A stretch of DNA of 39,137 nt from Candidatus Thalassarchaeaceae archaeon (GTDB lineage: Archaea > Thermoplasmatota > Poseidoniia > Poseidoniales > Thalassarchaeaceae). Below, one piece after another: positions 26,201-35,373 of this stretch. Below the pieces are notes generated by a model. That model searched no databases, had not been told where the DNA came from, and saw nothing but the letters and a program-made list of their open reading frames with translations. The stretch is taken from contig DASCSU010000001.1 of the NCBI GenBank assembly GCA_034399495.1, positions 1 to 39,137 of the forward strand. Direction: 5' to 3'. Made by a program: the position numbers and the translations under genes. Each line of letters begins with the position of its first letter. Position 1 is the stretch's first letter.

Positions 26201-28463
26201 ATCAGATCAACCAGTCCTACCAACAGAAGTGACTCTGATGCTTTGGCGGCAGTGGCAGGAAGATAGCGATGGTGATGGTGAAATTGATGCAGATGAATTC
26301 CTCCCGCAGGAATTGAATTTACCCCTAAATCTATCTCATGAAAGAGGTAATTACTCTTTTACATTCGATGATACTTATGGTATTCAAGGAGATTTTGTTG
26401 CTGGCTACTTAGTTGGTTCAGATCCAGCAGGTAACAACATTGTTGGTGGTGGCAATGAACTAAATGATTCACATTTATTCATTTATCAGTTGATGACTGA
26501 TGAGGCGCCACATATCACTAGAGAAGGCGCCATGTGGGGCGATGGACCTAGGAATTGGCTACACCCTACTACAACATATTCTCTTGTAATTCCATTCACC
26601 GAGGATAATGGTTATTCAGATGTTGAAGAAGTGACCATCAACCTTGCTGGAAATTCAGCACAAGATCAACTCACAATAGTTTGGGATTCATTGGGCGAAC
26701 ATTGTTCCAAAACTAGCCCACATTTGCAGTTGGAAAGTTGCACTATTCAGGCAAAAGAGGGTAATCTTACTGCCTTCACTAATGACATGCAAATTAATAT
26801 TTCATTCAAACTCGATTGGAATCTTCCTGACGAGGGTGATTTGAGGAGGGAGCCAAATATAGAGGTCATTGATCGAGCAGGGCAAGGTGATTGGATTGCT
26901 TTACCCGAATTGAAGTGGCGTTTCTTGGCTGACCTAGAGGTGGTTTCTGATAGCATTATTGTTGATGTTGCCGAAGGCCATCGCTCTGCAGATGGTGCTT
27001 GGGTTGTGCCGGGGAGCAATATCACAATTTCTGGAAGGGTTGCTTTTTCACCAACAGGTGATGTGCCAGAGGAACAAATTAAGGTGAAAGTTCTGTTAGG
27101 TGAAGATAGTTTAACCGTGCGTACTAACGATGGCTGGTGGACTGCCACTCTAAGGACGGCAACTAATTCTGGCCCCCCTGAATTGCTCACGTTTGAATTG
27201 ACTGAACTGCATGTACAAGCAAGAGATGTTACTGATTCAGGACTTGCTATGTTCTACATTACAGTGGACGATACTCCACCAATCCCTATCGAGGTAGTGG
27301 GTCCAAGAGTTTCCAATGAAATACACGTGTCGTCTTTGTCTTCATTGATGATTGAATTAAAAGTTCAAGAACTTGAACAATTAAATGTTGAAACATTAAG
27401 CATCAATTGGTTAGTGACACATGGCTCAAACCCACATGGTGATGAAGTTGCTAGAGGGGAAAGTGCAGTAACTTTGCCAGGCCATAATCCTGCGGGCTCT
27501 GCAATTCCAGTAAGAGGAACACTAGACTTACAATCAGCGATTCCTGCAGCAATGCTATCTGAGGAACTTTCCTTACATGTGTGGCTTACAGGCCAAGATA
27601 TGGTTGGTCAGCAGATGGTTTCAGATATTCTATTCAATTCCGAAAGTAGTCCATTCGCCTCTTGGCAAATCCAGCAATTGCAAGCGATTCTTATAGTAGA
27701 GGATTCGGACCTAAATTACTCAAATAATGCCGAAATTTATCTTGGTGATACAATCATAGTTTCTGTAGCGGTACACAATTTAGGAGAGGTGTATGGATAT
27801 GCTAAACTAACTCTAGAGGAAGTAGATTCGGAAGGTGAAAGAAGAATAATCACTGAAGTTCCTACGACAGTGGGAGTAGAGTCATCCAAGTCAAGTGAGG
27901 GCCACATTGATTGGGTTCCAGAGAAATTAGGGCATTACCACATTGTTGTCACAATGGACGGGCAAGAGGTTGCAACAGGTCCAGTAGTAACTGTCAGTGA
28001 ACCTGATTCTGAATCTGGAATTTTGGGAGATCTAAGTGCCAAAGGAATCACTAGCGAATGGCTGGGTATTTTGGGTGGATTGTTCATTATTTTGTCCTTG
28101 ATTGTTGTCATTTCATTACGTCCTGGGGGCAATACCGAAAAAGAATGGTTTGATGAAAATGCAGACGTTCTTTCTGAAGTAGAGGGTGATTCGCAAACTT
28201 CTGATTCCGGTGCAGAAATGCAAGCTTATCTTCAGTATATGCAACAAGAAAATTATGGGCAACAACAGGTTACGCCAGAGCAATATGCTCAATGGCAGCA
28301 ATACAGTGCAACTCAACAACAGCAGCAGATGACTGCGGAGCAGTATGAACAATGGCAACAATGGGCTGCTTGGCAACAAGCCCAACAGCAACAATATGCA
28401 CAGCAACAACAAGGTTGGTCAGGATACCAGCAAGCGCAGTATGATTATGGTCAAAATCAATGA
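23241..28463 (+). CDS. Giant (1740 aa) exported surface protein with C-terminal TM anchor and Q/W/Y-rich cytoplasmic tail
   Basis: Has the signal peptide 'MKRCATVLILLMLMSSLAAF' and a long Ser/Thr/Asn/Asp-rich ectodomain. An N-terminal jelly-roll-like module ends in 'CCDWWFVDDVRLT' (MAM/choice-of-anchor-J-like, tentative). Also has the TM 'WLGILGGLFIILSLIVVISL' and a Gln-rich tail. Confidence 0.85.
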   Translation: MKRCATVLILLMLMSSLAAFTTIPYQGEGPLEGGITMDSASLNSPEIVTISNYPTSISNSFKLDIPEDEAIRNISLELAPSVVSRSDGHSFTQSSDFNQTGATSQGIDYNTSGLQVSAIDEYWSFEGTNALPSGWSSSNTNYGLINTMTCGTNGSSSRSLTLRHGTVSVTSNTIDLSSLTQGIMSLWMTEGRSGCGEDPDSSEHLYVEYKRSTGSWGQITYYNAGLGYPGYTNVNSQFNLPNDAFHSNFQFRFRLPFGSGTCCDWWFVDDVRLTKPGGQGNWTSPAFGPSASNPTYRSLPGPYGIMSIDSDTSSNAITWSVIDASNGTTLDGYDQRSGTWADLGGIDWVKHPAIRLKVGLSAQGTGSVSKINGIHIQGKYVNSFDVNPTDWSLSSCSWDGDSITGSGYAYSPTLNSRRPISKVTAAITFTGGGYLEATTDGSAWFALSNNGPTNLDDWTTQIQFRWNGQSSSFDLQKFDVELHGAGLPSSPAIDLLSSSRNEWGIVNQSIGTWGWQDVLENGNRSIDLNFQNQETVPLWIPKDSDGHFLFEVSPELTNGVSNLDIELLIDGNTISSWNYGTGFDSQTFQVEANERSNFVANVVSAQTVWGNFDVEYIRAELVLDASGGSARLGGIAIPHYPTTSVHFEPESDFVLNLNNIVSSMTATNGLVTVPIAMGWDFPAAMSVTLTELNTGLATQIELESASNLSSTLSPSWQWFELGHNLSVEEGELAALRYDLVGDNNAVTYTVWLGASPLPPDLLEGDTNAIIIPENFTTGAYTTEPGASGPGICCELHPNFKFSLNSSWEDEELLSFTLRGVMKDGLISLPWVHLFGPGPSQGVENDLLISEWRVFNDRSLVIPPSTSYLKSDSNISVEVDLQFEGLESMFGPRSNDVEVRLLENGVVNMQTTQLNQGRAIFNTRTPIATGIVDYSIELSLLSGGSDVTSISLNRSFEIDSVSPQVINQSVASHDHLEPSLAQTLTFEISDQPVLPTEVTLMLWRQWQEDSDGDGEIDADEFLPQELNLPLNLSHERGNYSFTFDDTYGIQGDFVAGYLVGSDPAGNNIVGGGNELNDSHLFIYQLMTDEAPHITREGAMWGDGPRNWLHPTTTYSLVIPFTEDNGYSDVEEVTINLAGNSAQDQLTIVWDSLGEHCSKTSPHLQLESCTIQAKEGNLTAFTNDMQINISFKLDWNLPDEGDLRREPNIEVIDRAGQGDWIALPELKWRFLADLEVVSDSIIVDVAEGHRSADGAWVVPGSNITISGRVAFSPTGDVPEEQIKVKVLLGEDSLTVRTNDGWWTATLRTATNSGPPELLTFELTELHVQARDVTDSGLAMFYITVDDTPPIPIEVVGPRVSNEIHVSSLSSLMIELKVQELEQLNVETLSINWLVTHGSNPHGDEVARGESAVTLPGHNPAGSAIPVRGTLDLQSAIPAAMLSEELSLHVWLTGQDMVGQQMVSDILFNSESSPFASWQIQQLQAILIVEDSDLNYSNNAEIYLGDTIIVSVAVHNLGEVYGYAKLTLEEVDSEGERRIITEVPTTVGVESSKSSEGHIDWVPEKLGHYHIVVTMDGQEVATGPVVTVSEPDSESGILGDLSAKGITSEWLGILGGLFIILSLIVVISLRPGGNTEKEWFDENADVLSEVEGDSQTSDSGAEMQAYLQYMQQENYGQQQVTPEQYAQWQQYSATQQQQQMTAEQYEQWQQWAAWQQAQQQQYAQQQQGWSGYQQAQYDYGQNQ

Positions 28464-28466
28464 TTT

Positions 28467-28542
28467 TGGAGCCAACGGAGAGATTTGAACTCCCGACCAC
28501 CTGATTACAAATCAGGAGCACTACCAGCTATGCAACGTTGGC
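28467..28542 (-). tRNA. tRNA-Thr (anticodon UGU), CCA encoded
   Basis: The reverse complement folds by hand: acceptor GCCAACG/CGTTGGC, D-arm GCAT-AGCTGGTA-GTGC, anticodon arm CCTGA-TTTGTAA-TCAGG, T-arm GGGAG-TTCAAAT-CTCTC, discriminator T, CCA. Its 3' end lies 4 nt from the stop of the giant gene. Confidence 0.88.
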
Positions 28543-28633
28543 GCTAAGTCACCGGACTAGCCCATCAGTTTTGAATCTCACAGTCGATAACGCGCGCAAA
28601 TGGTCAAGTGTAACACTCTTCTCGTACAACTCA

Positions 28634-29509
28634 ATGGGCGCTATAGTGCTTGATGGGAAGGCGTGTGGCTTAGAGGTAGAAGCCGAAGTCAAAGCGAAGG
28701 TTTCGCACTTAGAAGCACAAGGAATTACTCCACACCTTGCTGTAGTTATCGTTGGAGATGACCCCGCAAGCCATGTTTATGTCGGGGCAAAAGAGAAAGC
28801 ATGCGCAAGAGTAGGTGTTCGCAGTACTAGAATTGATTTACCTTCTGATGCAAATTTTGCTCAAGTGGCTGATGTTGTTAAGAATTTGAATAACGATGAG
28901 TCGGTTCATGGAATTCTCGTTCAATCACCACTCCCAGATGGGATGGATGAATTGGCAATTACCGACATGATTGATCCAGCTAAGGATGTAGATGGATTCC
29001 ATCCAGTAAATCTTGGAAGATTGGTTCAAGGGAGGGTCGATGGACTAGTTCCTTGTACTCCTGCAGGTGTGGTACGACTTCTTGAGTGGGGAGGTGTTGA
29101 ACTTTCGGGCAAGAGTGCCGTGGTGATTGGGCGTTCCCGAATTGTAGGAGTTCCCGTTTCGCTCCTTCTTGCCCGTAAGGGAGTTGATGCCACTGTTACT
29201 ATCACTCATTCTAGAACTTCTGATTTGGCTGAAAATTGCAGAAATGCTGATATTTTGATTGCCGCAGTAGGTAGGGCTGAATTGGTGCAAGCAGATTGGG
29301 TGAAGCCTGGTGCTGCAGTTGTTGATGTGGGAGTTAACCGTGTAGATGATTCTAGCCGAGAGCGAGGCTATCGACTTGCAGGAGATGTCCATCCAGATGT
29401 GGTTGACGCTGCTGGTTGGCTGAGCCCAGTACCTGGTGGAGTTGGTCCTATGACTATCGCCATGCTGATGCTCAACACGGTAACTGCTGCTTCGAATCTC
29501 AAAAGTTGA
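28634..29509 (+). CDS. folD: Bifunctional methylenetetrahydrofolate dehydrogenase/methenyl-THF cyclohydrolase
   Basis: Has 'LAVVIVGDDPASHVYVGAKEKAC', 'HGILVQSPLP', 'DVDGFHPVNLGRL', 'VVIGRSRIVGVP' and 'PVPGGVGPMTIAML', the FolD signatures. ATG 28634 is chosen because the ORF-track start at 28538 overlaps tRNA-Thr. Confidence 0.92.
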   Translation: MGAIVLDGKACGLEVEAEVKAKVSHLEAQGITPHLAVVIVGDDPASHVYVGAKEKACARVGVRSTRIDLPSDANFAQVADVVKNLNNDESVHGILVQSPLPDGMDELAITDMIDPAKDVDGFHPVNLGRLVQGRVDGLVPCTPAGVVRLLEWGGVELSGKSAVVIGRSRIVGVPVSLLLARKGVDATVTITHSRTSDLAENCRNADILIAAVGRAELVQADWVKPGAAVVDVGVNRVDDSSRERGYRLAGDVHPDVVDAAGWLSPVPGGVGPMTIAMLMLNTVTAASNLKS

Positions 29510-29540
29510 ACAGAGTCAATTATTCTAACTCTGTGTGGTG

Positions 29541-29867
29541 CTAGAATATCCCCATATCCATCAGAGCATCTTCACTAGCGTGTATTTTTGGCTCCCATCG
29601 TGGTGTCCAAACCAGATTAACGTGAACTGTATCCACTCCTTCGGTGGTAAGTGCTGCTCGATGTACTGAAGCCATTATTTCAGGTGCTACAGGGCAGCCT
29701 GGCGATGTTAGAGTTAAATCAACCTCAGCGTGTACACCTTCTTCACCTTCTTCAATTCGGACGTCATAGACGAGTCCTAACTCAACTAAGCTAATCTTTA
29801 GTTCAGGATCTTCAACAGGATGGATGGCAGTTAATACTGATTCCTTAGTAACAGTCATTTGAATCAC
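29541..29867 (-). CDS. DUF59/MIP18-family Fe-S assembly protein (SufT/PaaD-like)
   Basis: 108 aa. Has 'DPELKISLVELGLVYDV' and 'LTLTSPGCPVAPEI', the typical DUF59 motif with the conserved Cys. A 4-nt overlap links it to the upstream suf gene. Confidence 0.85.
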   Translation of the reverse strand: MIQMTVTKESVLTAIHPVEDPELKISLVELGLVYDVRIEEGEEGVHAEVDLTLTSPGCPVAPEIMASVHRAALTTEGVDTVHVNLVWTPRWEPKIHASEDALMDMGIF

Positions 29868-30727
29868 AGCATCATATTGCGAGCATCCTTACGCACCTTA
29901 GTGAACATGTTTAGGAAACCATTAGCACGATTTGGAGTGAGAGTTTCTTGAAAGCCTAATTCTCTGGCAAATGTTGCAGGGAAATCTGCTACTTCTTCTG
30001 GAGTCAAACCATTGATTGCCTTCTGAGTAATTGCCATCAAGCCCTGTACAATCTGTGCATCGGCACCACCTAGCATTCGGAACCCTCCATCTTCATTCAA
30101 TGAGCAAGAAACATGTGCTTCAGATTGGCAACCGTGAACTTTGTTTTCCTCATTCCAATCTTCAGATGGCAACAGTTCACATTCTTTAGCCCAGTCATAA
30201 AGAACCTCATAACGCTCCATTGCATCATCAATTTCTTGGAATTCTTCAATGATTTTCTGTAATTCCTCCGGCCAATTCCCGGCCCCCCATGAGTCACTAG
30301 AGTCCTCAATGGTACTTTTTGGGGTGGTGCGCGTTGGTACCTCGTTGATTAGGTTCTCAAGGCGACTCCCAACATCTTCTGCTAATTCGTTGATCACAGC
30401 ATCATCTAACATTGCCAACATTTCTCTTGGCTCCATGACTGAAACGATGACATCATCACCTTCAACATGAATAGCAACATTGCATGGTAACAGTACACCA
30501 AGGTCAGGTCTTGCTTCAAGCCCGCGAGCGGCGTGCTTTGGCATACATGCGCCTAATATTAGGTAGGGGCGGTAAACCTCGCCCATTGATTGAAGGATAT
30601 TTCCAGAAACGTCAATTTCACTGATGACTCCAAAGCCAGCCTCAGAAATCAGTTCTCTAACGATATCTACAGTCTCATCGAATCCAGTGTTACTCTTTGC
30701 ATGCCGTTCAAATTGCATAGTGTTCAC
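29864..30727 (-). CDS. sufE: DUF302 domain fused to SufE-like sulfur acceptor
   Basis: 287 aa. The N-terminal half 'FGVISEIDV...YLILGACMPKHAARGLEARPDLGVLLPCNVAI' matches the DUF302 pattern. The C-terminal half 'RYEVLYDWAKE...KVHGCQSEAHVS...ADAQIVQGLMAI' matches SufE, including the persulfide-acceptor Cys. Confidence 0.75.
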   Translation of the reverse strand: MNTMQFERHAKSNTGFDETVDIVRELISEAGFGVISEIDVSGNILQSMGEVYRPYLILGACMPKHAARGLEARPDLGVLLPCNVAIHVEGDDVIVSVMEPREMLAMLDDAVINELAEDVGSRLENLINEVPTRTTPKSTIEDSSDSWGAGNWPEELQKIIEEFQEIDDAMERYEVLYDWAKECELLPSEDWNEENKVHGCQSEAHVSCSLNEDGGFRMLGGADAQIVQGLMAITQKAINGLTPEEVADFPATFARELGFQETLTPNRANGFLNMFTKVRKDARNMML

Positions 30728-31968
30728 CTCGTTAATCTACCAACTACTCTTTCAAGGTGTGCAATGAAGGAGTCCGCTTCTTCTTGTGTATTGTAGAGGT
30801 AGAAGGAAGCACGGTTTGTCGCAATTATCCCAAGTTTTCTCATCAATGGTTGAGCGCAATGGTGGCCAGTGCGAACGGCAAATCCACCTAGGTCTAGGAA
30901 ATGTGCTAAATCTTCAGCATGGATGCTTTCGTGAAGAAATGACACTACCCCAGAGCAGGAAGGGTCAGAGTGGTCACCATACACTTTGATTCCAGGTATC
31001 TTTGAGATTTCATTAGCAGTATGGGCGGCCAAATCATGGATATGTTTGTGCACCTCATGCATGTCAAATTGGGACAGCCATTCTATTGCAGCACCCCAGC
31101 CTATAGCCTCAGCAATTTTTGGGGTGCCTGCCTCAAAACGGTACGGACCAGTCTGGAAAGTTGAATGATCAAGAAATACATCCTCAATCATATCTCCCCC
31201 GGCCATAAATGGTTGCATTTCATCCATTACCTCTGAAGTTACGATTAGGCTTCCAATTCCAGTAGGGCCACACATCTTGTGTCCACTTACTGCTACGAAA
31301 TCAGCCCCTAAATCTGTAACATCTAGTCGCTCATGAGGGGACGCTTGAGCGCAATCAATGAGTACTCTAGCTCCTTTGCCGTGGTTTCCTCTTTCATGTG
31401 CCATTTTGATGATATCTTCAACAGGGTTTCTAGTGCCAAGGACGTTACTAGTGTGCACGCAACCAACAAATTTTGCCTCTTCAACAGAGGCTTCAAACTC
31501 GTCCATATTAAGACGGTAAGTTTCAGGGTCGACAGAGACAAAACGTATCTCGATCCCTCTTTCTTTAGCAATCAGTTGCCATGGGACAATATCAGCGTGG
31601 TGTTCCATTTCTGTGACTAGAACCACATCGCCTTTCTCTAAATTTGCTCTGCCCCAACCATGGACAACGAGATTGATGGCCTCCGTTGTGCCGCTAGTGT
31701 AGATTACTTGGTTTCGCTCTACATTGAACCATTCAGCAATCGTGTCACGAGATTTTTCGTAAGCAGCAGTAGCCTCACCGGCTAAAGTGTGTACTGCTCT
31801 ATGGACATTGGAATTATTTTGTTCATAGTAATCAGACATTGACTTGATTACTTGCCGTGGTTTTTGGGTAGTTGCGGCGTTGTCAAGGTAAACAAGTGGC
31901 CTACCTGATGGCATGATTCGTGAGAGAATGGGGAAGTCTGCGCGGATTGCTTCAACATTTAATGGCAT
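30724..31968 (-). CDS. sufS: Cysteine desulfurase, SufS type (class V aminotransferase)
   Basis: 414 aa. Has 'FVAVSGHKMCGPTGIG' (PLP-Lys) and 'AVRTGHHCAQPL' (the group II active-site Cys loop). Confidence 0.92.
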   Translation of the reverse strand: MPLNVEAIRADFPILSRIMPSGRPLVYLDNAATTQKPRQVIKSMSDYYEQNNSNVHRAVHTLAGEATAAYEKSRDTIAEWFNVERNQVIYTSGTTEAINLVVHGWGRANLEKGDVVLVTEMEHHADIVPWQLIAKERGIEIRFVSVDPETYRLNMDEFEASVEEAKFVGCVHTSNVLGTRNPVEDIIKMAHERGNHGKGARVLIDCAQASPHERLDVTDLGADFVAVSGHKMCGPTGIGSLIVTSEVMDEMQPFMAGGDMIEDVFLDHSTFQTGPYRFEAGTPKIAEAIGWGAAIEWLSQFDMHEVHKHIHDLAAHTANEISKIPGIKVYGDHSDPSCSGVVSFLHESIHAEDLAHFLDLGGFAVRTGHHCAQPLMRKLGIIATNRASFYLYNTQEEADSFIAHLERVVGRLTR

Positions 31969-32034
31969 CAGAAACTCCTCCAGACAGTTGACTCCATTCG
32001 GCTTCGGGTTATCAATCCATTCAAGTCTAATTAA

Positions 32035-33138
32035 TCAATAAGTATCAGCAATTAATCCAAGAGAAAGTTGTTTGTTCAGCCATGAATGCATGGTTTTACT
32101 CCCCATTTCTTTTACGGTGGCATTTAGAAAAGCCGCGATAATAATCCCCTTCGCCCCTGCTTCAGTAAAGCCACGAGATTCGAGATAGAACATCTGTTCC
32201 TCATCAACAGGGCCGTTAGCTGTTCCATGGCCACATCCAACAACTTCGTTTTCTAGTACCTCAAGTTCTGGTATTGAATCAGCCTCTGCATTTCGTGAAA
32301 GTAGAAGATTGTTGAATAATTGAGCTGAATCAGAACCTTTTGCTCCCTTGGCAATTTTTAGCATTCCTGTCCCTATTGTTCTGCTTTTACCGGCACAGGA
32401 TGAATGCCAATTGAGGCGGCTGAATGTATCTGGGGCTTCGTGTAATATTTCGATATGGTGATCGTTATGCTGACTTCCGGCAGAAAAGATAGACCCATTT
32501 ACTATGAGATTACAACCTCTGCCATTGAGTAAGTAACGCAAATCTGCTTTGGTTTGAATCCCTCCAATGCCGAATGTACCAATTTTCACTTCACTATCAT
32601 GACCTAGAGAAATGCGCTCCCATCTTAGGAGCCTACTTGCCCCTAATCTGTTTACAACAACATCATTGAATTTTGCTCCTTCTCCAATGATTCCTGTTCT
32701 TAGAAGTCCAAACCAATTCGAGCCACTTTCTATCATTGTAATTAACTCACAATCAGCATTGCGGCCGACATTCAATTCTACTTGGAGACCGCATACATCT
32801 CCTTCACTTTCTAGAGTGAGCAACAAAGGTTGCTCAAAGACAGCTCCTTCATTCACATTTATTTTGATTGTTCCATCAGTGGCGATGGCTCGAATAAAGG
32901 CTGAGGCAACATCATCTTCATACTCATTTTCTGATGTTTCCGTTGCCACTGAAATTGTTATGTCATTTGTTAATTCAGTACCATCAAGGAACGTTAGCGT
33001 GACTGTTGCTGGGGAAATTTCTTCTGGCATATCTGAAGGGGTGCCACTAGGGTGAATATGTCGCCATGGCGTGTAACGCCAGAGGTGCTGCGCTCGGTCT
33101 GGCACCGGTGTGGAAAGATAGGATTCTACAGCATTCAA
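32035..33138 (-). CDS. sufD: Fe-S cluster assembly protein SufD
   Basis: 367 aa. Has a SufB/D beta-helix C-terminal region ('[36 protein letters not shown]'). Positioned between sufB and sufS. Confidence 0.85.
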   Translation of the reverse strand: MNAVESYLSTPVPDRAQHLWRYTPWRHIHPSGTPSDMPEEISPATVTLTFLDGTELTNDITISVATETSENEYEDDVASAFIRAIATDGTIKINVNEGAVFEQPLLLTLESEGDVCGLQVELNVGRNADCELITMIESGSNWFGLLRTGIIGEGAKFNDVVVNRLGASRLLRWERISLGHDSEVKIGTFGIGGIQTKADLRYLLNGRGCNLIVNGSIFSAGSQHNDHHIEILHEAPDTFSRLNWHSSCAGKSRTIGTGMLKIAKGAKGSDSAQLFNNLLLSRNAEADSIPELEVLENEVVGCGHGTANGPVDEEQMFYLESRGFTEAGAKGIIIAAFLNATVKEMGSKTMHSWLNKQLSLGLIADTY

Positions 33139-34541
33139 CCGATACTCCCCTCCATTTCAAGTGCCATTAATTTGTTTAATTCAACAGCGTATTCCATTGG
33201 TAATTCTCGAGTAAAAGGCTCAAAGAAACCGTTGACAATTAGTGCCATAGCCTCATCTTCAGTGTGCCCTCTACTCATTAGGTAGAATACCTGTTCATCA
33301 CTTACTTTGCTAACGCTAGCTTCGTGTTCACTTCGGCATGTTGAGTTTGAAACCTCCATTGTAGGATAGGTATCTGACTGACTTTCGTCATCAAGAATCA
33401 ATGCATCACAAACAACATTGACTCTACAGTTTTCAGCCTTATTAGCGACTTGAATTAATCCACGATAACTCCCTCGTCCTCCATCTTTTGAGATACTCTT
33501 GGAGAGTATTTTACTAGTTGTGTTACTTGCTAAGTGGTGCACCTTTGCTCCAGCATCTTGGTGTTGACCTTTTCCAGAATAGGCAACTGAAATCACTTCA
33601 GCATGCGAGCCTTCCCCCTTGAGAATCACTGCAGGATATTTCATTGTCAGTTTTGAGCCAATGTTACCATCGACCCATTCCACTGTAGCGTTTTCATATG
33701 CCAAAGCCCTCTTGGTTACAAGGTTGTAAACATTTGTTGACCAGTTTTGCACTGTAGAATAGCGAATCTTAGCCCCCTTATGAGCGATAATCTCAACAAC
33801 AGCACTGTGCAAACTTTCTGTAGAGTATGCCGGAGCAGTACAACCCTCAACATAGTGTATTGATGCACCTTCATCTACGATAATTAGAGTTCGCTCAAAT
33901 TGCCCCATATTCTTGGCATTGATTCTGAAATATGCTTGTACAGGCATTTCAACACTAACGCCCTTTGGAACATATATGAAAGAACCACCAGACCAAACAG
34001 CCGTGTTAAGGGCACTGAATTTGTTATCCTGATATGGTACAACCGAACAGAAGTACTGCTTTACTATGTCCTCATGTTCCTTAAGGCCACGATCCATATC
34101 GAGGAAAATGACTCCTTGTGATTCTAAATCTTCTCTAATCGAATGATATACTGCTTCAGACTCGTATTGTGCGGTAACTCCGCCTAACCATTTTTGTTCT
34201 GCTTCAGGTATTCCAAGCCGATCGAAAGTTCGTTTGATGTCTTCTGGCACATCATCCCAGTCACGCTCAGTACCTTTTCCAGAACGAAGGAAATAAGTGA
34301 CTGCATCAAAATCTATGTTATTCAGAATTTCTGAATTGCCCCAAGTAGGCATTGGTTGATTAACGAAATGATGGTATGACTTGACGCGGAGGTCAGTCAT
34401 CCATTTTGGTTCATTTTTTAGTTCAGAAATATCTCTAACAACTTGTTCAGAAAGCCCGTTGTCAAAACGTATAGTCGCGTTTTCAGGGTCGTGCCAGCCA
34501 GCTTTGTAATCACCGACAACATCGCGGGCATCATTACTCAC
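33135..34541 (-). CDS. sufB: Fe-S cluster assembly scaffold SufB
   Basis: 468 aa. Has '[27 protein letters not shown]' and '[23 protein letters not shown]', the typical SufB blocks. Confidence 0.93.
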   Translation of the reverse strand: MSNDARDVVGDYKAGWHDPENATIRFDNGLSEQVVRDISELKNEPKWMTDLRVKSYHHFVNQPMPTWGNSEILNNIDFDAVTYFLRSGKGTERDWDDVPEDIKRTFDRLGIPEAEQKWLGGVTAQYESEAVYHSIREDLESQGVIFLDMDRGLKEHEDIVKQYFCSVVPYQDNKFSALNTAVWSGGSFIYVPKGVSVEMPVQAYFRINAKNMGQFERTLIIVDEGASIHYVEGCTAPAYSTESLHSAVVEIIAHKGAKIRYSTVQNWSTNVYNLVTKRALAYENATVEWVDGNIGSKLTMKYPAVILKGEGSHAEVISVAYSGKGQHQDAGAKVHHLASNTTSKILSKSISKDGGRGSYRGLIQVANKAENCRVNVVCDALILDDESQSDTYPTMEVSNSTCRSEHEASVSKVSDEQVFYLMSRGHTEDEAMALIVNGFFEPFTRELPMEYAVELNKLMALEMEGSIG

Positions 34542-35293
34542 TCAGATGCCCCCTCTTCTAACCAATCGTATCCCCTTTCTTCTAATTTGGTAGCAAGTTC
34601 AGGTCCATCAGTGGCAACAATTTTTCCATCAATAAGGACATGTACAAAATTGGGGTTCACATGGTCTAGTATTCTTTGATAGTGGGTAATGATTAGGCAG
34701 GCGGCATTGTCCACCGATGCATTAATTCCGGTAGAAACAGTACGCAAAGCATCAATATCAAGGCCAGAATCAGTCTCATCAAGAATTGCAATTTGTGGCT
34801 GAAGCAACATTAATTGAAGAATTTCTAGACGCTTTTTTTCACCACCACTGAAACCATCATTGACATAACGGCCCAAGAATTTTTTATCAACATCTAATTT
34901 TTCCATGCAAGCATTCAATTCTTTTCTAAATTCTCGCGCATTAGGTGCATTTTCGCCTCGAATAGCCTGTACTGATTTTCGCAAAAAATTTCCCACTTGA
35001 AGACCAGGTACTGCTTGAGGGTACTGGAATGACATGAAGACTCCTAGGCGTGCTCTTTTCCATGGTTCCATTTCAAGGATATTTTGCCCATCAAGTGTGA
35101 TAGTGCCAGAAGTTACTTCATAGTCGGGGTGTCCCATGATTACCTTTGCAAGTGTTGATTTCCCACTTCCATTTCTTCCCATTAGAGCGTGAACTTCACC
35201 TTTCTTTAATATCAGATTGATACCTTTGAGAATCTTTTCACCTTGGATAGAGGCGTGAAGATCATGGATCTCAAGAATGCCATTTCCTCTCAC
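34538..35293 (-). CDS. sufC: Fe-S cluster assembly ATPase SufC
   Basis: 251 aa. Has Walker A 'GRNGSGKST', the ABC signature 'FSGGEKKR', Walker B '[12 protein letters not shown]' and the 'ITHYQRIL' H-loop region. Confidence 0.95.
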   Translation of the reverse strand: MRGNGILEIHDLHASIQGEKILKGINLILKKGEVHALMGRNGSGKSTLAKVIMGHPDYEVTSGTITLDGQNILEMEPWKRARLGVFMSFQYPQAVPGLQVGNFLRKSVQAIRGENAPNAREFRKELNACMEKLDVDKKFLGRYVNDGFSGGEKKRLEILQLMLLQPQIAILDETDSGLDIDALRTVSTGINASVDNAACLIITHYQRILDHVNPNFVHVLIDGKIVATDGPELATKLEERGYDWLEEGASE

Positions 35294-35373
35294 GAAGTAT
35301 CCCCCTCTACTTTTCTTGGCTTAACCGGCCCTTATCAAAGCGTGTTTGCTATTATTAGCCACAAGTTGAGTAG

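Noticed and set aside
24125-27190. Multiple 60-150-aa antisense ORFs within the giant gene (for example 26747-27190)
   Set aside because: All lie inside the continuous 1740-codon plus-strand frame and have no motifs or plausible starts and promoters. Long genes of this composition routinely produce such shadows.
28116-28412. 98-aa poly-Leu minus-strand ORF (and the similar 28270-28521 ORF)
   Set aside because: It is the antisense of the CAA/CAG-rich Gln tail of the giant protein (TTG/CTG codons) and so a compositional artefact.
11846-28542. tRNA-Ala and tRNA-Thr bracketing a 16.6-kb block of mostly exported proteins - a possible integrated genomic island
   Set aside because: I found no integrase, recombinase, transposase or direct repeat of a tRNA 3' end. 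The block also contains core genes (pheS, an aminotransferase). The tRNAs are more likely ordinary chromosomal genes.
28538-28633. Upstream start for folD
   Set aside because: It would overlap the 5' end of tRNA-Thr on the opposite strand. It would also add 32 residues absent from FolD proteins, and the ATG at 28634 restores the canonical N-terminus.
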